A DNA stretch of 47,267 bases from a bacterium. Its GTDB lineage: Bacteria; Gemmatimonadota; Gemmatimonadetes; Gemmatimonadales; Gemmatimonadaceae. Below are positions 35,090 through 44,004 of this stretch, piece by piece (the first letter of the stretch is position 1; each line of letters starts with the position of its first letter). Where the stretch lies: assembly GCA_040005695.1 (NCBI GenBank), contig JBDTYL010000265.1:1-47267 (forward strand), given 5' to 3'. The notes beneath the pieces are model-generated. The model was not told the origin of the DNA and ran no database searches. It saw only the letters and a list, made by a program, of their open reading frames with translations. The position numbers were made by a program, and so were the translations under genes.

Positions 35090-36898
35090 CTATCGGGTTA
35101 CTCGGGAAGCGCGCGGCACATGCTGCCGCACGGCGGACACGACGACGCGCGCCGTGAGCGGCATGCCACCGTAGTCGAGCACGGGAATCATCTCGTCGCG
35201 CGGCTTTCCGGTCTCGATGGCGAGCATCGAGCGCAGCTGGGCATCGCGGTTCTGCTCCACCACGAAGGTAAGCGCGTGGGCATCGAGGAACTCGCGCACG
35301 GGCGTGTCGAACGGAAAGCCGCGAATGCGCATGTAGTCGGCATTCATCCCCTCGGCCGCCAGCTGGTCCACCGCCTCGAGCACCGCGGCGTGACAACCAC
35401 CGAGCGAGACGATCCCTACGGTGGCGCCAGGGATCCGGTGGACCTCGGGCGCCGGCACGGCAGTCGCCGCATTGCGGATCTTCCGCGCGATGCGGTCCAC
35501 GACTTCCTGATAGGCATCGGCGTCCTCGGTATACGTGCCGTGCTTGTCATGGCCGGACCCGCGCACGAAGTACGCTCCGTTCCCATGCACCCCCGGCAGC
35601 GACCGCGCGGCCACCCCGTCGCCCTCGGCATCGAGATACCGCGAGAACTTCTTGATCGATTCCAGTTCGTTTGCGGAGAGACACTTGCCGCGATTCCAGC
35701 GGTGGCTGTCATCCCACTGGAGCCGGCGGCACATCCAGTCGTTCATGCCGATGTCGAGGTCGCTCGCGACGAACACCGGCGTCTGGAAGCGGTCGGCGAG
35801 GTCGAACGCCTGGACGCTCATGTAGAAGCACTCTTCCGGATTGCAGGGGAAGAGGACGATGTGCTTCGTGTCGCCGTGCGATGCGTAGGCGAGCGAGAAG
35901 AGGTCCCCCTGCTGCGTGCGCGTGGGCATGCCCGTGGACGGACCCGTGCGCTGGATGTCGTAGAAGACCGCCGGAATCTCTGTGTAGTACGCCAGGCCGA
36001 TGAACTCCTGCATGAGCGAGATGCCGGGTCCCGACGTGTTGGTGAACGCGCGCGCTCCCGCCCATCCGGCGCCGATCGCGATGCCGGCGGCGGACAGCTC
36101 GTCCTCCGCCTGGATGATGCAGTACTTCGCGAGGCCGCTCTCCTTCTCCGTGCGGAACTTCCGGCAGAACGCGCCGAACGCTTCCATCAGCGACGTGGAT
36201 GGCGTGATGGGATACCACGCGCCCACCGTGGCGCCGGCGTACACGGCACCGAGGGCCGCGGCCGCATTGCCGTCGATGATGATGAAGTCGCTGGTGTCGT
36301 CCATCGGCTCGAGGTGGAACGGCAGCGGACACGCGTAGTTCGCCATCGCGTAGTCGTAGCCGAGGCGGATGGCCGTGTTGTTCGAGTCGAGCAGCGCCTT
36401 CTTCTTCGAGAACTTTTCCACCAGCATGCGGCCGATGATCTCCATGTCGATCTTCAGCAGCGCCGCCAGCGCACCGGCGTACACGATGTTGCGGAGGAGC
36501 GTGCGATTGCGGTCGCCCTCGAAGGTCTCCACGCACATCTTCCCGAACGGAATGCCGAGGATCGTGATGCCCTCGCGCACGAGCTCCGGCTCCAGCGGCC
36601 ACGACGAATCGTAGAGGAGGTATCCGCCCGGCCGCACGGTCGCGACGTCCTTCGCGTAGGTGGACGGATTCAGCGCGACGACGAGGTCCACTTCCGCCGG
36701 CCGCGCCGTCCTGCCCTCTCCGCTCACCCGGATCTCGTAGAAGGTGGGCAGCCCCTGGATGTTCGAGGGGAAGAGGTTCTTGCCCGTGACGGGAATGCCC
36801 ATGCGGAAGATCGCCTGCATGAGCAGGCTGTTCGCGCTGGCTGACCCCGTGCCGTTCACGGTGGCCATCTTGAACGCGAAATCGTTGATGCCACTCAT
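35090..36898 (-). CDS. korA: 2-oxoacid:ferredoxin oxidoreductase, alpha subunit (fused gamma-alpha type)
   Basis: This is the part of ORF 35090..37174 from ATG 36898 (602 aa). The N-terminal gamma-like domain has NGTGSASAN.L and the rest is a PFOR alpha-like core. The start overlaps the upstream stop (ATGA). Confidence 0.9.
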   Translation of the reverse strand: MSGINDFAFKMATVNGTGSASANSLLMQAIFRMGIPVTGKNLFPSNIQGLPTFYEIRVSGEGRTARPAEVDLVVALNPSTYAKDVATVRPGGYLLYDSSWPLEPELVREGITILGIPFGKMCVETFEGDRNRTLLRNIVYAGALAALLKIDMEIIGRMLVEKFSKKKALLDSNNTAIRLGYDYAMANYACPLPFHLEPMDDTSDFIIIDGNAAAALGAVYAGATVGAWYPITPSTSLMEAFGAFCRKFRTEKESGLAKYCIIQAEDELSAAGIAIGAGWAGARAFTNTSGPGISLMQEFIGLAYYTEIPAVFYDIQRTGPSTGMPTRTQQGDLFSLAYASHGDTKHIVLFPCNPEECFYMSVQAFDLADRFQTPVFVASDLDIGMNDWMCRRLQWDDSHRWNRGKCLSANELESIKKFSRYLDAEGDGVAARSLPGVHGNGAYFVRGSGHDKHGTYTEDADAYQEVVDRIARKIRNAATAVPAPEVHRIPGATVGIVSLGGCHAAVLEAVDQLAAEGMNADYMRIRGFPFDTPVREFLDAHALTFVVEQNRDAQLRSMLAIETGKPRDEMIPVLDYGGMPLTARVVVSAVRQHVPRASRVTR

Positions 36899-38694
36899 GC
36901 CGTCACCGCAACGGTTGCCGACGCATAGGGGAGCACGAGCTCGAACTTCCGCATGTCCCACGCGGCGGTGGGACACCGCTCCGCGCACAGTCCGCAGTGG
37001 AGGCAGATGTCCTCGTCCTTCACCATCACGCGCTGCGTCTGGGGCAGCGCGTCGGAGACATAGATATCCTGCGACATGTTCTGCGCAGGCGCCGAGAGCA
37101 TCGTCCGCAGGTCGCCCTCGTGCGCGGCGTCGGGCGTGATGGTGAGGCAGCTCACCGGACACACATCCACGCATGCGTCACACTCGATGCACAACGTACG
37201 CTCGAAGTGCGTCTCGATGTCGCAGTTGAGGCACCGTTCCACTTCCGTGGCCGTCTGCTCCGCGGTGAACCCCAGTTCCACCTCGACACCGATGGCCGAG
37301 AACCGCTCGACCAGCTCGGCATGCTGCATCTTCGAGCGCGGGGACGGATTGAAGTCGTTCGAGTAGGCCCACGACTGCAGGCCCATCTTGGTGCTCTCGA
37401 GGTGCATGCCCTGCGCTGGCCTGTCGCGGACGTCGCGTCCTTCGCAGTGCAGGTGGATGGAGATGGCCGCCTGATGGCCGTGCTCCACCGCCCAGATGAT
37501 GTTCTGGGGCCCCCACGCCGAATCCCCGCCGAAGAACACGCCCGTTCGCGTGGACTCGAACGTCGCCTTGTCGATCACCGGCATCTGCCACTTGTCGAAG
37601 TCGATGCCGATGTCGCGCTCGATCCACGGAAAGGCATTGTCCTGCCCGATGGCGAGGATGACCTCGTCGCAGGGCAGGATCACCGACTCGACCACGGTGC
37701 TCGTCGGCCGATCACCCTCGTCCGTCCACGCGAGGCGGTCGAACTCCATGCCGACGAGCCGTCCATTCTCCACGACGAACCGTTTCGGTGCGTGGTTCTC
37801 CATGATGACGATGCCCTCTTCGCCCGCATCCTCGAGCTCCCACGGCGACGCCTTGAAATACGGACGCGCACGCCGCGCAACCACCTTGGTATCGGTGCCG
37901 CCGAGCCGCCGTGAGGTGCGGCAGCAGTCCATGGCGGTATTGCCGGCGCCGATGATGAGCACGCGCGGCGCGATTGACTCGATGTGCCCGAAGTGCACCG
38001 AGCCGAGCCACTCGATGCCGATGTGGACGTGCTCCTTGGCGCCCTCGTCCCAGCGGCCGGGGATGTCGAGTTCCTTGCCCTTCGGCGCGCCGCTGCCCAC
38101 GAACACCGCGTCGAATCCACCGTCCGCAAGCAGCGCCTTCAGGCTCGCCACCGGCGTGTCGTAGTGCATCTCGGCGCCCATGTCCACGATGTAGCCCGTC
38201 TCCTCGTCGAGCACGTGCCCGGGCAGGCGGAATGCCGGGATGTTGAAGCGCATCAGCCCACCGGGGCGCGCGTGCTTCTCGTAGATGGCGACCTCGTAGC
38301 CGAGGGGCAGGAGGTCGTTGGCGACGGTGAGTGACGCGGGCCCTGCGCCGACGAGCGCGATGCGCTTGCCGTTGCGCAGGGCGGGCGCCGTCGGGAGATA
38401 TGGCGTGATGTCGTCGCGCAGGTCGGCCGCCACGCGCTTCAGCCGACAGATGGCCACCGGCTTCCCATCCACGCGTCCGCGGCGGCACGCGGGCTCGCAC
38501 GGACGGTCGCACGTGCGCCCGAGGATGCCCGGGAACACGTTCGACTCGCGGTTGAGCAGGTAGGATTCCGTGTAGCGCCCCTGGGCGATCAGTCGGAGGT
38601 ACTCTGGCACGTTGGTATGCGCCGGGCAGGCGTACTGGCAGTCCACCACCTTGTGGTAATGGTGGGGCGTGCTGACATCGGTGTGAACCGTCAT
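36895..38694 (-). CDS. GltD-like FAD/NAD(P)H oxidoreductase fused to a C-terminal 2x[4Fe-4S] ferredoxin domain
   Basis: Taken from ATG 38694 (599 aa). It has an N-terminal Fe-S Cys cluster (CQYACPAH..), dinucleotide folds (LVGAGPASL and IIGAGNTAMD) and two C-terminal CxxCxxCxxxCP motifs (CIECDACVDVCP, CLHCGLCAERCP). Confidence 0.85.
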   Translation of the reverse strand: MTVHTDVSTPHHYHKVVDCQYACPAHTNVPEYLRLIAQGRYTESYLLNRESNVFPGILGRTCDRPCEPACRRGRVDGKPVAICRLKRVAADLRDDITPYLPTAPALRNGKRIALVGAGPASLTVANDLLPLGYEVAIYEKHARPGGLMRFNIPAFRLPGHVLDEETGYIVDMGAEMHYDTPVASLKALLADGGFDAVFVGSGAPKGKELDIPGRWDEGAKEHVHIGIEWLGSVHFGHIESIAPRVLIIGAGNTAMDCCRTSRRLGGTDTKVVARRARPYFKASPWELEDAGEEGIVIMENHAPKRFVVENGRLVGMEFDRLAWTDEGDRPTSTVVESVILPCDEVILAIGQDNAFPWIERDIGIDFDKWQMPVIDKATFESTRTGVFFGGDSAWGPQNIIWAVEHGHQAAISIHLHCEGRDVRDRPAQGMHLESTKMGLQSWAYSNDFNPSPRSKMQHAELVERFSAIGVEVELGFTAEQTATEVERCLNCDIETHFERTLCIECDACVDVCPVSCLTITPDAAHEGDLRTMLSAPAQNMSQDIYVSDALPQTQRVMVKDEDICLHCGLCAERCPTAAWDMRKFELVLPYASATVAVTA

Positions 38695-38752
38695 GGCCGG
38701 CCTCGTCGGGGCGATACAATTGATGTTGCAGGTGGGGCGAGAGGGCCGCAAG

Positions 38753-40780
38753 TCATCCCGCTGGTGCACGCGGCGCGACGCCGCGCACGACGCGCTCGAG
38801 GACATCCAGGAGCGCAACAGCCATGAACGGCTTGTGCAGGAATGCGGCGACGTGGCCGGTCTCGAACCCGGGCACGATCTCCTCGGGCGTGTATCCCGAC
38901 ATCAGGATCACCGGCAGGCCTGGCAGGCGTTCGGTGGCGCGCGCGGCGAGCTCGACGCCGCCCATCTCCGGCATCGCGACATCGGAGACGAGCACGTCGA
39001 TCGCATGCGCATGGATGCTGAGGAGGTCGAGCGCGGCGACGCCATTACTGGCAGTGAGAACGCGGTAGCCCGCCCGTTCCAGTACACGTCGCACCATGCT
39101 GCGCAGGCTCTCCTCGTCGTCCACGACGAGCACCGTGGCGGCACTCGGCGCGTGTACCACCTCCTCATCCGCGTCGGGCCAGGACGGAACGGTGTCGACG
39201 AGCGGCAATCGCACCGTGAACGTGGACCCGATGCCCGGCTGCGTAACGAGCGTGATGCTGCCGCCGGATTGTTGCACGATGCCGTGGACCGTGGCGAGGC
39301 CGAGTCCGGTGCCTTCGCCGCGCGCCTTCGTGGTAAAGAAGGGCTCGAACGACCGCGCGGCCACGTCGGGCGACATGCCTGCGCCGGTATCGCGCACGGT
39401 GAGGGTCGCGAGCGGCGCTGTTCCGGGTTCCCGGAGCACGCCCACCTCGATGGTGAGTGTGCCGCCGTCCGGCATTGCGTCGCGCGCATTGAGCGCGAGG
39501 TTCATCAGGACCTGCTCGAGCTGCGTGCGGTCCGCGAGCACCGGTACCACGCACGCGGGGGCCGGCGCGTCGAGCGTGAGCATGCCGCCCATGAGGGGAC
39601 GCAGCATCGCCATCGTGTCGCCCACCACGTGCCCGAGGTCGAGCGGTGCTGGATGCAGCGTCTGGCGGCGGCTGAACGCCAGCAGGTGCCGCGTGAGTGT
39701 CGCCGCCCGGCGCGCGCCCTTCAGGATTTCCTGTACATCGCTCGCGCGCGGGTCGCTGGGATCGATGTCCGATTCCAGCAGCTGCGCGAATCCGGTGATC
39801 GCCGCGAGAATGTTGTTGAAGTCGTGGGCGACGCCACCCGCGAGCTGGCCGATCGCATCCATCTTCTGCGAATGGCGCAGCTGCTCCTCGAGTGCGCGCT
39901 GGCCGGTGAGGTCTCGCGCGATGCCGAATACGCCGATCACCTGCCCACCCACCACCACGGGAACGTTCGTCACGTCAAGGTTCACGTGGTGGCCGTCCTT
40001 GTGGCGGATGACGACTTCATAGCGCTGCGCGACCCCCGCCACGGCAGCGCGGAAGTGCAGCTCGGTCGCCTCGAGGAATTCCGGCAGGATGAGCGGGACG
40101 AACGACCCGCCCACGAGCTCTTCCGTCCGGTATCCGGACGTGGCCTCGCAGGCGGAGTTCGCGCTGAGAAAGGTGCCGGCGGTATCGAGCCAGTAGACGG
40201 CGTCGGGGTGGTGGTCGAACAGGGAGCGGTATCGCTGCTCGCTTTCCTCCAGGCGCGCGGCGGTCTGGCGCTCGGCCACGTCCATCACCTCGCCGTGCGC
40301 CGGCACGCTGCCGTCCGGCTGTCGTTCCAGTCGCGAAGGCGCCTGGATGCCGTTCACCTGCCCGATGCCGTGCTCGTAGCGGTCGTCCGAGGCCCGCCCT
40401 GTCGGCTCCGCGTTCTTGCGCTCGTTCCCGTCGTGCAGCTGCACGACGAGATAGTCCGGCGAGATGGCATCATCCAGGACGACGGCGGCCTCCAGCTCGA
40501 CCCACACCATGTCCCCGCCGTGATGGCGCAGGCGGAGGTCCAGCCTGCACCGCTCGACATCGCCCGCCATGACGCGATGAAGCAGGTTGCCGTGCCTCGC
40601 AAAGTCCTCCGCGTCCATCATCGCTTCGACGGCCGTGCCGGCGAGCTCGTTCGCGGCGTAGCCGAGCAGCGCCAGTGCCGCGCGATTGGCCTGGAGCCAG
40701 TGTCCCTGCGTGCTGAGGATGGCCATGCCGGTGACGGCGTGGTCAAACGCACCCCGGCTGTAATCCCTGTCCTTCTGCAT
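38753..40780 (-). CDS. hybrid sensor histidine kinase (PAS-PAS-PAS / HisKA / HATPase / receiver)
   Basis: It has several PAS modules, an H-box (GGVAHDFNNILAAI), N/G boxes (NLALNARDAM, DTGAGM, GTGLGLATV) and a C-terminal receiver (VLVVDDEE...DVAMPEMGG). I prefer ATG 40780, which has AGGAGAAAGGGGG upstream. The ORF track starts at TTG 40810. Confidence 0.85.
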   Translation of the reverse strand: MQKDRDYSRGAFDHAVTGMAILSTQGHWLQANRAALALLGYAANELAGTAVEAMMDAEDFARHGNLLHRVMAGDVERCRLDLRLRHHGGDMVWVELEAAVVLDDAISPDYLVVQLHDGNERKNAEPTGRASDDRYEHGIGQVNGIQAPSRLERQPDGSVPAHGEVMDVAERQTAARLEESEQRYRSLFDHHPDAVYWLDTAGTFLSANSACEATSGYRTEELVGGSFVPLILPEFLEATELHFRAAVAGVAQRYEVVIRHKDGHHVNLDVTNVPVVVGGQVIGVFGIARDLTGQRALEEQLRHSQKMDAIGQLAGGVAHDFNNILAAITGFAQLLESDIDPSDPRASDVQEILKGARRAATLTRHLLAFSRRQTLHPAPLDLGHVVGDTMAMLRPLMGGMLTLDAPAPACVVPVLADRTQLEQVLMNLALNARDAMPDGGTLTIEVGVLREPGTAPLATLTVRDTGAGMSPDVAARSFEPFFTTKARGEGTGLGLATVHGIVQQSGGSITLVTQPGIGSTFTVRLPLVDTVPSWPDADEEVVHAPSAATVLVVDDEESLRSMVRRVLERAGYRVLTASNGVAALDLLSIHAHAIDVLVSDVAMPEMGGVELAARATERLPGLPVILMSGYTPEEIVPGFETGHVAAFLHKPFMAVALLDVLERVVRGVAPRAPAG

Positions 40781-40942
40781 CGCGGGCGCGCCCCCTTTCT
40801 CCTGGTGCAAGGAAGTATAGCGCTAACAGGCTCCCTTGCCGGCGACTCCGCCGCCTGCATCTTCGTGCGAAGCCCTTGCCCTCCTCAGCGCCGACGCCGG
40901 CGCCGGGCATTGTAGCGGCACACCCTGGCACAGGACAGCGCG

Positions 40943-41815
40943 ATGCGGCCACTCCAGACGCTGGTCTTCAACCTCGCTGCACTACACGCCGGCGCTCTCC
41001 TCCTCGCTGCGCCGATCGCCGCACAAAAGGTCGTCGGGCAGGTTGCGGTGCCCGACTCGTCGCGCATGGTGGCGATGATGGCGAGTTCCATGCGGCTGCT
41101 GAAGCCCGCGCAGTTCCTGCTCGACCACCGCATGGACCTGGCGCTCACCCCCGAGCAGGTACCGTTTCTCGAGGCGCTGGCGGTCGCGCAGGCGGATTCG
41201 ATCCCGGTTCGGCAGGCTCGCACCATTGCCCTCATGGTGGAGGCCACAGCGAAGCGGCGCGGTAGCCCATCGGCGACGGTGAGCGCCATGTCGTGGAGCG
41301 GCGCGTTCGATGAAAAGGCTCTCCGGGACATGGCCTGCGAGCAGTCCGTGCTGCAGGCGGAGAGCCTCATCAACCTCGCGCGCGACCGGCACGCCGCCGC
41401 CGCCGCACTCACGCCGGCGCAGGTCGCGATGATTCCTCGCCTCGAAGCTTCGGACATGTCGCGCGTGCTGCGCCCGCGCGCTGCACCCGGCGCCTCCCTC
41501 CCGCCGGCCGGCGGCGTCTATTTCGAGTTTCAGGTCGACAAGCCGGTCGTGCAATTGCCGAGCGGCGCGGTGAAGTATCCGGATGAGCTCCGCGCCTCGA
41601 AGACGCGGGGCGAGGTGCTGGCGCAGTTCGTCGTGGGGACGGACGGGCTCTACGAGCCGAGCACGTTCAAGGTGCTGCGCTCGGATCACCAGTTGTTCAC
41701 GCGCGCGGTGCGCGACGCCCTGCCACTGATGCGCTTCGAGCCGGCCCAGGTCGCGGGCGCGAAGGTGCGTCAAATGGTCCAGCAGCCGTTCACCTTCTCG
41801 CTGCCGGACGACTAG
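40943..41815 (+). CDS. exported protein with a C-terminal TonB-C (energy transducer) domain
   Basis: 290 aa. It has a signal peptide, an alpha-helical middle region and a C-terminal about 90 aa of TonB_C type (FQVDKPV...YPDELRASKTRGEVLAQFVVGTDG...). Confidence 0.65.
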   Translation: MRPLQTLVFNLAALHAGALLLAAPIAAQKVVGQVAVPDSSRMVAMMASSMRLLKPAQFLLDHRMDLALTPEQVPFLEALAVAQADSIPVRQARTIALMVEATAKRRGSPSATVSAMSWSGAFDEKALRDMACEQSVLQAESLINLARDRHAAAAALTPAQVAMIPRLEASDMSRVLRPRAAPGASLPPAGGVYFEFQVDKPVVQLPSGAVKYPDELRASKTRGEVLAQFVVGTDGLYEPSTFKVLRSDHQLFTRAVRDALPLMRFEPAQVAGAKVRQMVQQPFTFSLPDD

Positions 41816-41848
41816 CCGCGGATACAGGCGCGCGGCAGCGCGGCGGGA

Positions 41849-43147
41849 CTAGAAGACGAACATCCCGATCGCCGCGGCGAACATGATGATTGTCGTGAGA
41901 GCCACTACGCCCCGTCCGAGAAGGGAACTCGGCTGCCCGTGCATGAGGTCGCGGTCCGACGCAGCGATGAGGATGCCGACCAGCAGGAACGGCGCGAGGA
42001 TGCCGTTGATGACAGCGGTCCAGTACAGTGCGGCTACTGCGTTCACGTTGGCGAAATCCATCCCGATGCCGAGGGCCACCGATACGATGAAGGTGGCGTA
42101 GAAGCCAGGCGCGCGGTTGTACGGTTCGTCCATGCCCTGCCGCCAGCCGAAGATCTCGGCAAAGGCATACGCGCCCGCGCCGGCGAGGGTCGGGATGGCG
42201 AGGGCGCCCGTGCCGAGCAGCCCCACCGTGTAGAGCAGCGACGCAAACCGCCCCGCGAGCGGCTTCAGCGCCTCGGCCACCTGGCGCGACGTCTCGAGAT
42301 GCGTCAGTCCCGCGCGGTGCAGAGTCAGCGCGGTCGCGAGGATGATGAAGAACATCGCCGCATTCGAGAAGAAACCGCCGATGGCCACGTCGATCTTGCG
42401 CGTGCGGATCTCGTAGGGCTGCGCGCCGATGCGATCCACGATGCGGCGGCGGCCCATCCCCTTCTCCTCCTCGACCTCCTGCGATGCCTGCCAGAAGAAG
42501 AGGTAGGGCGAGATGGTTGTGCCCAGGATGGCGACGACGGTGGCCCATGCGCCACCGAGCTGCGGGATGTGCGGCACCAGGGTGTCCTTCGCGACGGCGG
42601 ACCACGACGGGCCGAGATAGAACGCCGTGATCACGTAGGCCAGCAGGACGAGGGCGAGCCACTTGAGCGCACCCGCGATGACGGCATAGCGGAGGCGGAT
42701 GGTCGCCACCGCGATGCCCACGCCGAGAACCACGACCCAGATGTGGGAGTTGACGCCGGTGAGCAGCTCCGCGGCGTCGGCCATGCCGGTGAGGTCGGCG
42801 CCGACGTTGATGGTGTTCGCGAGGAAGAGCGCGCCGGCGGCCACCACGAGGACGGGGCGCGAGAACTTGTTGCGCAGCGCTCCCGCGATGCCCTGGCCCG
42901 TGACCATGCCGATGCGCGCGCACATCGACTGCACGGCCACCATGAGGGGCCACGTGAAGAGCGCCATCCAGATCAGCGTGGTGCCGTAACGCGCGCCGGC
43001 AATGGAATAGGTCGCGATGCCGGATGGATCGTCGTCGGCAGCGCCGGTGACGATGCCGGGACCCAGGCTCTTCCAGAACGCGCGGATGCCGACGGGCTTG
43101 GGAGCGGCGCGCAGTTCGTGACGGCGGTCTGCCTCGCGCTGCGTCAT
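41849..43147 (-). CDS. NRAMP-family divalent metal cation transporter
   Basis: 432 aa with about 11 hydrophobic segments and the N-terminal NRAMP-like motif GPGIVTGAADDDPSGIATYS. Confidence 0.85.
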   Translation of the reverse strand: MTQREADRRHELRAAPKPVGIRAFWKSLGPGIVTGAADDDPSGIATYSIAGARYGTTLIWMALFTWPLMVAVQSMCARIGMVTGQGIAGALRNKFSRPVLVVAAGALFLANTINVGADLTGMADAAELLTGVNSHIWVVVLGVGIAVATIRLRYAVIAGALKWLALVLLAYVITAFYLGPSWSAVAKDTLVPHIPQLGGAWATVVAILGTTISPYLFFWQASQEVEEEKGMGRRRIVDRIGAQPYEIRTRKIDVAIGGFFSNAAMFFIILATALTLHRAGLTHLETSRQVAEALKPLAGRFASLLYTVGLLGTGALAIPTLAGAGAYAFAEIFGWRQGMDEPYNRAPGFYATFIVSVALGIGMDFANVNAVAALYWTAVINGILAPFLLVGILIAASDRDLMHGQPSSLLGRGVVALTTIIMFAAAIGMFVF

Positions 43148-43206
43148 GGACGCGCGCCGACGAAGGGACCAGCCGCGCCGATTGTGCGTGCATTCGCAAT
43201 CGACAC

Positions 43207-43889
43207 TCAGGCCACCCCGCGCAACGAGCCCATCACCTTGTCGAGGGTGATGGGCAGGTCACGCACACGCACGCCCGTTGCGTTGTACACGGCATTCGCG
43301 ATCGCCGCCGCGACGCCCGTGATGCCGACTCACCGATGCCCTTCACGCCGATGGGGTTGACGATCGTGTCCACCTCGTCCACGAAGCTCACGTCGAGCGT
43401 ACCGATGTCCGCATTCACCGGCACGTGGTATTCGGCCAGGTCGGCGTTGAGGTAGCGGCCCGACTTCCGGTCCACGAGGGTCTCTTCCTCGAGGGCCATG
43501 CCCACGCCCCACACAATACCCCCCATGAACTGGCTGCGCGCCGTCTTCGCGTTGAGGATCCTTCCCGCCCCGTACGCCGACACGATGCGCGGCACGCGGA
43601 TCTCACCGAGGTCTCGATCCACGCGCACCTCGGCAAACACGGCGCCGAAGCTGTGCATGGAATAGTTCTGTCGTTCGCTGCCGGGCGCGGAGTCCACCGT
43701 CACGGAAAGCTGGCGGCCCGGCTGGCGCGACAGCGTGTTCACGAGGGTCTCGTTGGGCTGTCGGAGGGCCATGGCGCGACTGCGCAATTCCGTGCAGGCC
43801 GCATGGACCGCCGAACGGCCGTCGGCGTCGGCGAGCGCGATGTCGGGCGCCGCCGAGCCGACGTCCGCGCTGGCGAGGTGACCGGTCAT
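43207..43889 (-). pseudogene. remnant of a xanthine dehydrogenase/aldehyde oxidase-family molybdopterin-binding subunit (C-terminal about 225 codons, frameshifted)
   Basis: The translation carries the family C-terminus (HSFGAVFAEVRVD..GEIRV, GRILNAKTARSQ, NPIGVKGIGE). The conserved tail (GITGVAAAIANAVYNATGVRVRDLPITLDKV) continues in a different frame after a 1-nt loss near 43327-43331, and the corrected stop is at 43207-43209. The N-terminal about 500 codons and the partner subunits are absent. Confidence 0.7.
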
Positions 43890-44004
43890 GATTCGTCGGC
43901 TCCAGCAAGAGGTTGGGCGATGGGTTCCGAGGGAGGCTGCAATCCGTGCACCATTCCCGCCGTCACTGGCGTCGGCGGACGCCGCGTCAGGCGGCTGGAG
44001 GGCT

